64,000 nucleotides of DNA. It comes from Heterodontus francisci (lineage: Eukaryota). The stretch lies in the NCBI RefSeq assembly GCF_036365525.1, contig NC_090382.1:101924595-101988594 (forward strand), in the 5' to 3' direction. Position numbers and translations under genes: made by a program. A model generated the notes under the pieces. The model made no database searches. It was given only the letters and a program-made list of their open reading frames with translations, and had not been told where the DNA came from. Shown one piece after another: positions 51,801 to 60,800 of this stretch. Position 1 is the first letter of the stretch. Each line of letters opens with the position of its first letter.

Positions 51801-54800
51801 ACCTCCAGACAGGCCTTCTCAGTCATCCTTGTCGGCTTCTTCTGGTGCAGACATGGAATGCGATGCTTCTCTGGGCCGTCACCAGCACCAGAAGTACCTC
51901 AAGTAAGGCACGCGAAAAACAGAGGGTTACCCTGGCACGCGGGCCCTCCCTACACACTGCCCTCTGCTCAGCTTCTCCTTGCAACATGGAGATGAACAGT
52001 GACCACATCAATGGCTGCCGCTCATCGTTTAAATCAGGCCTGCTCATCCCTGTGTCCCGCCTCATTCCTGCGTCCGCCGCTGCTAATTTGGTGGCGAATG
52101 TGATGCCAGGCTAATTAACTGGCTTTCCAGTTAAAACTGCAACATGTGCACATTGCCAATGCGGTGCAGGGTCGGGACCCGGAAATAAACGCGATGTTGA
52201 GGTCCTGACCCCGGAATTGAAATCCCACAAAGTCAGAGAAATACTGAGCAGCTGTGCTTAGTGCTGACAATTAACATTTCCCAGATAATGTTCACTTGTT
52301 GCCATTAGCCCCCTCCTGTTAATTCTGTATCTATTGTTTAGTGTTATGCAGGTGGAGGGTGTTAACTGGGGTCTTACTTCAACGCTTCTGAGGAGAGTCT
52401 TACTGAGACAAGTGAAGGAGTTGAGTGAGGAGCGACATGTTTGTACTCCTTTTACTCTGTACGATAAATGTGAAACTGAGTAAAGATTGGCTCTCGCATT
52501 ATCCTTCAACAACAACCTCCTCCCTCCTCTTCCTCCTGTACATCTGATCCATGGCAGTATCATTCAAAGACGTATATTCACATGCAAATTCCTGACACCC
52601 AAATCTATCTCTACACTATCTCTCTCACACCTTCCATTGCCTCTGTGTTGTCTGATTGCTTATCCAACATCATGTCTTGGATGAGCCACAATTTCCTCCA
52701 GTTCAAGATCTGGAAGACTAAAGTCATCATCTTCGGCTCTTACCAGCAACTCCATACTGTCACCATCAGCTCCATCACCCTCCATGGCCATTGTCTCAGG
52801 AATTTTACGAGAATGGACAAAAGATTGGGAAAAAATACAAATGTTACCAATCAAAACTACTCACCCTTTGTGCATCCACTAATTCTAATGCACAGAGGAT
52901 TTTCACTGATCTGTCTGTTTCCAGTGAGAGATTCATTCTGGGCTGGGTGATAGAACTGAAGGATCATGACATGATCCCAACATTCTGTTAGGAATATTAG
53001 TGGAATTGCTCACAGAAAATCATATTATTGAACCCTTTCTAGTCCTTGTCCTACTTACCTTTGATCCCAAATACTTCAAACTGTTTCAGGATTTTTTTAC
53101 TGGGTTGTGTCTGAGTCCAGGTGAACAAGCCCGCAAGTTCAAAGGTGGGCTTTCTGATTCTCAGATTAAGGGTACCCCAGTCCTCACGTATCCTCTGAGA
53201 AATGCCTGGTATATTATTGTACTTATCGCTCCATTGTACAGCCCATCGCTGATCTTCGCTGTGAAAGGTACCCAATTGATATGTAGTTTGTTGCCCTGAG
53301 TGTGGTCTCCATTCCAACACAATGGGACCATTTCCAGGATTTTCTGGTCCTTTCAATACAAAGTTCCCTTCCTGATGTAAAAAATAAATATAACTTGGGA
53401 ATCCTGCAAGGAAAGAATAACAAACATTTTAGAATCAGACAGCAAATTTTTAATCTGACCTGTGTAATTATTCATCCTGTAGACAATTTGTTTTCAGTAA
53501 ATTGTTATTGATGATACAGTTCAGACATGCTACAGCACATACACACCAGAGTAAAATGCTGTATAGCTGAAAGAGCAAAGGTCACCTTCCTAAAGATACA
53601 CTTATTAGAATGGATTGTGATTTCTCCCAGCTCCCAAAGTTTAAAAAAAAAGAATTCCCCCACATTTATATAGCAATTTTAATAGAAAATAACTTTACAA
53701 CACTTTACAAACTGTGGAAAAATATAAAAGGATTTAGAGAGAATAAACACAACAACTTGAAATGTACCGCATCATTAACATGTTAAAATGCCTCATGCTG
53801 CTTCCCAGGAGTGTTATCACTCAAAACCTGAAACCGAGTGACATCGAGAGATATTAGCGCAGACGAACTAAAGCTGATCAAAGAAGTCGGTTTTACAGAG
53901 GGTCTTAAAGGGCAAAAACTAGGTAAAGAGGCAGAGAAGTTTAGAGAGGGAATTCTAGAGCTCAGGGTTTCGGCAGCTGAAAGCACAGCCACCAATGGTG
54001 GAGCAATTTAAATCGGGGCAGTTCAAGAGGCCGGAATTAGATGTGAGCAGATCAAGCGGACGGTTGTGGGGCAGGTGGAGATTAATTAGAAAGGGAGCAG
54101 CAAAGCTATGGAGACATTTGAAAACTTTAATATCAAGGTGCTGCTTAACCTGTAGCCAGATCAATGAGCACAGGGGTGATTGGATGAACGGCATTTGTTG
54201 TGAGTTAGGACACAGGCAGCAGAGTTTGGATGGCCTGAAGTTTACAAAGGGAAGAATGTGGAAGGCCGATCAGGAGTGCATTGGAATAGACAAGTCTATG
54301 AGGTAGCAAAGGCTTTCATGAGGGTTTCAGCAGCAGATGAGATGAGGCAAGGACAGCGTCAGGTGATGTTCCGGAAGATGAAAAGACCATCTTAGTGATG
54401 GTGTGGATGTGTAGGCGGCAGCTCAGCTCAGGGTCAAATATGAAACCAAAGTTGCAAAGAGTCTGCTTCAGCGTCAGACAGTTGCCAGGGAGATAGATGG
54501 AGTTGGTACCTATGGAATGGAGTTTGTTGCGGGACCAAAGACAATGACCAGTACTGGATGTTGGACAAGAAGTCTGATAACTTAACAACCATGAAGGAGT
54601 CAAGATTTATAGTCGTAAGATAGAGCTGGGTGAAAAACTGAGTTTTCGGATAATGGCGCCAAAGGGCTGTACGTTGATGAGAAATAGAAGGGGGGGGGGG
54701 GGTCAAGGATAAATCCTTTGGGGACACAGGAGGTAAAGGTACGGGAGTGGGATAGGAAGCCACTGCTGATGATACCCAGGCTCTGATTAGATCAATAAGA

Positions 54801-57800
54801 ATGGAACCAGCTGAGAACAGGCCAACCCAGCTGGATGACTGTGAAGTGACACTAGAAGAGGATAGAGTAGTCAATGGTGTCAATGGCTCCAGACCAATTG
54901 AGAAGGATCAGGACGGATAGTTTTCCTTTATCACAAACACAGAGGATACCATTCCATTTCAGTGTTGTGGCAGGGGCGGAAACCTGATAGGAGGGATTCA
55001 AACACAGAGTTTCAGGAAAGATGGGCACGGATTCAAGGACTTTAAAGAGGAAAGGGAGGTTGGTGATTGGGCAGTAGTTTACAGGGACAGAAGGGTCAAG
55101 GGGTAGATTTTGAGGAGAAGGGTGATCCCGGCAGTTTTGAAGGAGAAAAGAACCTGAAGGAGGAGAATGATTAACAGTATCAGCGAACATGGGGGCCAGG
55201 ATGTGAAGTTGGGTGGTCAGCAGTTTAGTGAGAATAGGGTCAAGGGAGCAGGAGGTGGGTCTCAGGGACAAGATAAGCTTGGAGAAGGCATGTGGGGAGA
55301 TAGGGGAGAAATTATAGGAAGATGCAAGTTCAGGGCTAGGGCAGGTTGGAGCCTTAGAGCATGTTTGTCCAGATGGGCTAATATATGGGAGGGACGCATC
55401 AGATTGTCTTAATCTTAGTGACAAAGGAGTCCATGAGCTTCTCGCACTTATTGTTGGAGATGAGGTTGGAGGAGACTGTAGGGGAGTCGAAGAAGATGGC
55501 TTGCAGTTGAGAAAAGTAGCTGGTGTTATTTCAGGATGATCCTGGAATAGTGAGCAGTTTCAACAGACAAGAGCTGGATCTGATCATGCTTTATGTGTTG
55601 CTGCCAGATTTGGCGGTGAATGGCTCAACCAGTTGTCCACCACATCCTTTCAAGTCTGCTTCTCTTGGACTTAAGTTAGCGGAGATGAGAGCTGTACCAG
55701 GGGAATGGCCAGGGTGAGAGAGAGTAATGGTTTTATTGGGGACTAGAGCATCAAAGGTGGAAGTGATGTGTGGTTGTGCAAATCCGTAGCTGCAGAAATG
55801 CGCTGGTGATTGGAGAGCAAAAGGCTAGAAAGTTGGAATTTTGCAAGTGCAATTGCAAGGGAATTGGGAAGATTTTTTTCCCGGGGTGAACACAGAAGGA
55901 GGTAGGGTAAGGGTATAGAAGGGGGATCTGGATGGTAAGTGGTACAAGGAAGTGATCAGAGATCACTTATCTGTAATTGATACAAAAGGGTATCGAGGCC
56001 ACATGAGATGGGAAGGTCAACAGGGTGACTGCGAATATGGGTTGGGGAGTTTACATGGAGGGAGAAATTAAGGGAGCACAGTGATCGCAGAGAACAGAGT
56101 TCTACGACCAAGGCGGGAATAATGCACTGTTAAGTCAGTCCCACTTCTCTGCAGGTCACAGCATATTAGTAAAATTTCTAACCAACCAGAAAATAGCCAA
56201 ATTAAATACTTTATTTATGCCACAGAATAAAGGACACCAAACTAGGTTTCTTTAAACAACAACAAAATTAACTAGTTATTAATAAACTAAATCTAAAACA
56301 ATAATGAGATGTATCTATATATGAAAAGATTTTATAACTTCTTATTCTTCCTAACCCTCATGCACACACACATACATTCAAAAACTGGTTAACTGGGGTA
56401 AATGGGATGTTTTGATTTCGAACGGTTTTTTTGGAATAATAAAATAATTGGTTGTTACGGTCTGGTATGATATTGCCAGATCTGTGAGGTGTCCCAGAGT
56501 CGTCTAGTCAGATGCCACTGAAAGACTCTCCAGGTGAGATTGATGAGCAGTCTGTGATGGGTAGGCATTCAAGGCAATTTGTCTGCAGCAGGCGTCACAC
56601 AAGGTCTTCCATCAGGGTTGCAGCAAAAGGTGTCCGTTCTCTCACTCAATGCAAAGGCCCCATTTTAAAAAATGAAAGATTTCTGCCAATTCAGGACTTC
56701 TTCAAACACAGGAGGCAGTTTGAAATATAGATTCTTCAGAGACCTGAGGCAACAGTAATCTGCCACACCCAAAATACAAGACTTCCTCTCTCCAGGAAGA
56801 CACACCCACAAGGGTGTGGCTCCCATACATTTGACTTGCAAATCCTTCAAAGTTCATTTAACGTCTTGAGAAAATTGGAAATTACACTTGATGCAAAAAT
56901 TCTTTTCAAGAGAAAGAAATCTTCGGCTGTCTTTCTGACAGGTCTAGCAGCAACTGACTTTTCAACTCAAAAGTGAAACTAACTTTTTAACAGTCAAGTC
57001 ACATGACAGTCATAAATCTTACTGGTTGCTTGGAAACAGGTGCCTTGCAGTGTGCACATTTCAAACACCGAGAGTTGAATTTTACCAGCCCCTCGATGTC
57101 AGTGGTCGTGGTGGGGAGGGGCCAGTAAAATGCTTGCGGGAATGGCCCGCCATGACCCCCAATGCTGAGAAGGTCCCCCCGCCACATTTTACCAGCGGTG
57201 GTGAAGCCTCAGTGCGGCCTTTGGAATTATGTATAGAGTTACGAGGCGAGACACTGGAGGGGACGGCAGGGGGAGGAGTGAAATCATTAGAGGGGGGAGC
57301 GGGAAAAATCCTTTCTATTGATTGTGGGGACGGTGAGAAGGGGTTGCGTGTCAAAGGTCATTAAGTTTGGGGGTAAAGTTTAGAAGCTGAAGAAAACGTT
57401 TTTTGTGAGGGGGGGAGAATTAGACTTTTATTACTCATTGCAGGTGTGGGATAGGGAATTGAAAATGTGAATAAATGTATATCTGCATTTTTAACCATTC
57501 TGCTACTTTAAAACGTTTAATGAGGCCCAAGTGCCTGAAGCCCTTTAAAAATGGCGCTGGTGCCTGCGCGGTGGCACCAAATGGCATTGCCAGAGATGGA
57601 GCGGCCGCCTCTCTACGTCATTGGGGGCGGCCACTGCACCCCCTCCATTTAAATGAATCCCCGCGCGAAATATCATGGGGGCTCAGCGACTGCACTTCCG
57701 GGTCTGAAGGCCGCCATTTTAAATGTGTGCTGCCGCGATGTGCAGTGAGCCTACAAAATTCAGCCCCAAGTTTCAGCATTCAATGTTCACAGAAAATCCT

Positions 57801-60800
57801 TTTCTCAGTTTCTAAAAGTACACAGAATTCTTAGCTTTCATCTTCAGACCTCTCGTCTCACTGTCTTCATTGTGATCTTTGATAACAAATGCAAACCCTA
57901 ACCCAAAATCAAGGCAGCCTCTGCCTCCTGTGCTCACTCACGTCCCCCATCTTACACGCTTCTTTGTAATCCAAGGAGTAGATGAGGAAGACATTTGTTG
58001 ATCTCCAAAGGGTTACTAAGGTAAGTGGGTTCACACTTTGCCTTCATTTACAATCTTAACCTTCGAATGTGGATGATCAGCCTTCACTGCAAACTTGATG
58101 GAGCATCAAGGTGGGAAAATCAGACAACTTTTCACACACTTTCCAAATGCATATTAACATTGTAAAATCTAGCAGACTGTCAGCACAAGATATTCTGTAG
58201 ACTGCTTGTTCACACATTCATGTAAGCAGGATGCTTGGCTTGGCTCTAGAGTAATATTGTCTCTGCTTCTCCCAATTCTAACTGATGTGGCTTTTATAAC
58301 TGCTTACAGGAGGCTGCACGTGCGAACAGATTTGTATCTGAAGGGGACCTCCCAACCACTGCTCACTGACTCTGAGTAAATTCAGCAATTCTGTGCTTCC
58401 AGTAACAGCATAACGGGAAGAAGGAAAATCATTTGATCTGAAACCCCGTGAACATTTTTATCCTTCCCATGATCTGCCTGTGGATTTCCCAAGTGAGCTA
58501 ATTTACAGATATTATAATGAGTGCTCATGGCTCTGCAGCCTCGCGTTCCCTGCTTTTGTAAAAAAAGAAAGATTTGCATTTATATCGCACCTTTCATTAC
58601 CACTGGATGTCTCAATGCACTTTACAGTCAACAAAGCACAAATGAAGTTTAGTACTGTAGGAAACGTGGCAGCCAAATTGCGCACAGCAAGCTCCCACAG
58701 ATGACAATGTGATAATGACCAGATGATCTGTTTTTGTGATGTTGATTGTTTGATAAATACTGGCCGGAATACTGTGGATAGCCCACTTGCTCTTCTTCGA
58801 AATAGTGCTATGGGATCTTTTACGTCCACCTGAGAGGGCAGACTGGGCCTTGGTTTGACATCTCATCTGAAAGACAGCGCCTCTGACAGTGCAGCTCTCC
58901 CTCAGTATTGGACTGGGGTGTCAGCCTTGATTTTTGTGCTCAAGTTGTAGTGTGTGTTACACTCACAATACACGAGCCTTCAGTTAGAATGAGAGTTATG
59001 AGGTACAGATGTTTCTGTTGGGTTGTTGGGTTTGTATTAGTCATGATGTAGAGCATTCTAGAGAAAGTCTTAGACTCAGGTAAACGTTCACTGACAATTC
59101 TTTATCATTTACAGTTACTATATATATTCACCATAAGCCACATAAGATAACATCTTTCGTGCTGCTATACCTTCTTCTTCTCAAGCTTATCTCCTGTGAA
59201 TTACATCATCACTCGAACAATGGGAAGGATCTCTCTCACTGTCTTTGGTATTAACCCTTTACATCCTTATACTACAGTGTCCAGGATCAGCTGAGGCAGA
59301 CAGAGAGGTTTCTCAGAATGAAGAATGGAGACTTCCAATTCCAATGTTTGCAGCTGGCAATTATTTTTTACTGTGGTTATTTTGGGCATTTTGTCTTGGA
59401 ATTCTGATTTTATTTTTATTTGTTTCATGTGATGTGGGTGTCGCTGGCTAGCGCAGCATTCATTGCCCATCCCTAATTGCCCTTGAGAAGGTGGTGCTGA
59501 GCTGCCTTCTTGAACTGCTGCAGTCCTTGTAGTTACACCAACAGTGCTGTTAAGAAGGGAGTTCAGGATTTTGACCCAGCGATAGTGAAGAATGGAGATA
59601 TAGTTCCAAGTCAGGATAATGCAGGTGCTGGTGTTCCCATGCATCTGCTGCCCTTGACCTCTTAGGTGGTAGAGGTCGCGGGTTTGGAAGGTGCTGTCGA
59701 AGGAGCTTTGGTGAGTAGCTGCAGTGCACCTTGCAGATGGTACACACTACTGCCACTGTGCGTTGGTGGTGGAGCTCATGAAGGTTGAAGATGATGGATC
59801 TGGTGCCAATCAAGGGAGCTGCTTTGTCCTGGATGGTGTTGAGCTTCTTGAGTGTTGTTGGAGCTGCAGCCTTCCAGGCAAGTGGAGAGTATTCCATCAC
59901 ACTCCTGACTTGTGCCTTGTAGCTGGTGGACAGGCTTTGGGGAGTCAGGAGGTGAGTTACTCACCACAGGATTTCTAGCATCTGACCTGCTCTTGTCGCC
60001 AGAGTATTTATGCAGCTGGTCCAGTTCAGCTTCTGGCCAATGGAACTCCCAGGAAGTTGATAGTGGGGGATTCAGCAGTGATAATCAAGGGGACATGGTT
60101 TTCTCTTGTTTGAGACAGTCATCGCTTCGCTTGGCACTTGTGTGGTGCAAATGTTACTTGCCATTTATTAGCCCAAGCGTGGAGGTTGTCCAGGTATTGC
60201 TGCATATGGACATGGGCTGTTTCAGCATCTGAGGACTTGTGAATGGTGCTGAACATTGTGCAATCATAAGTGAACATCCCTACTCCTGACCTTATGATGA
60301 AGGGAAGGTGATTTATGAAGCAGTTGAAGATGGTTGGACCTCGGACACTGCCCTGAGGAATTCCTGCAATGATGTCCTGCAATGGAGATGATTGACGTCC
60401 AAAAACCACAACCATCTTCCTTTGTGCTAGGTATGATTCCAACCAGCAGCATGTTTTCCCTCGGATTCCCATTTCCTCCATTTTTATGGTCAGAAAAGAA
60501 TGGAACTGGTTCCATTTTTCTGTCAAACATAAATGCTTGCTCTGTCTCAGTGAGTTTACCAACAGTCCAGTTGAGAAATACAGACCAGGAATTTCATAGC
60601 TCGCTCCAGGCTGCGCTGAATTATCTCAGGGTCAATTTTCTGAGGCTCTTTCCCACTGTAGAACCTCACACACAGGATATAAAGGAAGGCCTTAACTCCG
60701 GCAACAGGAATAATCAATGGTGACAGAACATAAAGAGCAAACCCTGAGGCACTTACCACTCGGCTCCTGATAATATGGGACTAAAACCTGGGGCCTGTTT

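Larger units (their letters stand above)
45344..52228. mobile_element. Degenerate two-gene PIF/Harbinger transposon: HARBI1-like transposase on plus, Myb/SANT gene on minus, with a nested Gypsy fragment
   Basis: Ends GTGGGAATTT / AAATCCCAC; transposase remnants at about 46090-46862; Myb remnant at 51690-51960 with EVSSRGVVRRNWVQCRKCFNDL. Confidence 0.75.

Noticed and set aside
57976-58026. Plus-strand exon-like segment with a strong AAG|gtaagt donor
   Set aside because: Stop codons in all three frames, and no evidence for an antisense transcript from sequence alone.
60560-60655. Possible extra minus-strand exon just after C1
   Set aside because: The phase-1 reading has stop codons, the donor GTAAAC is weak, and C1 already splices in frame to D.
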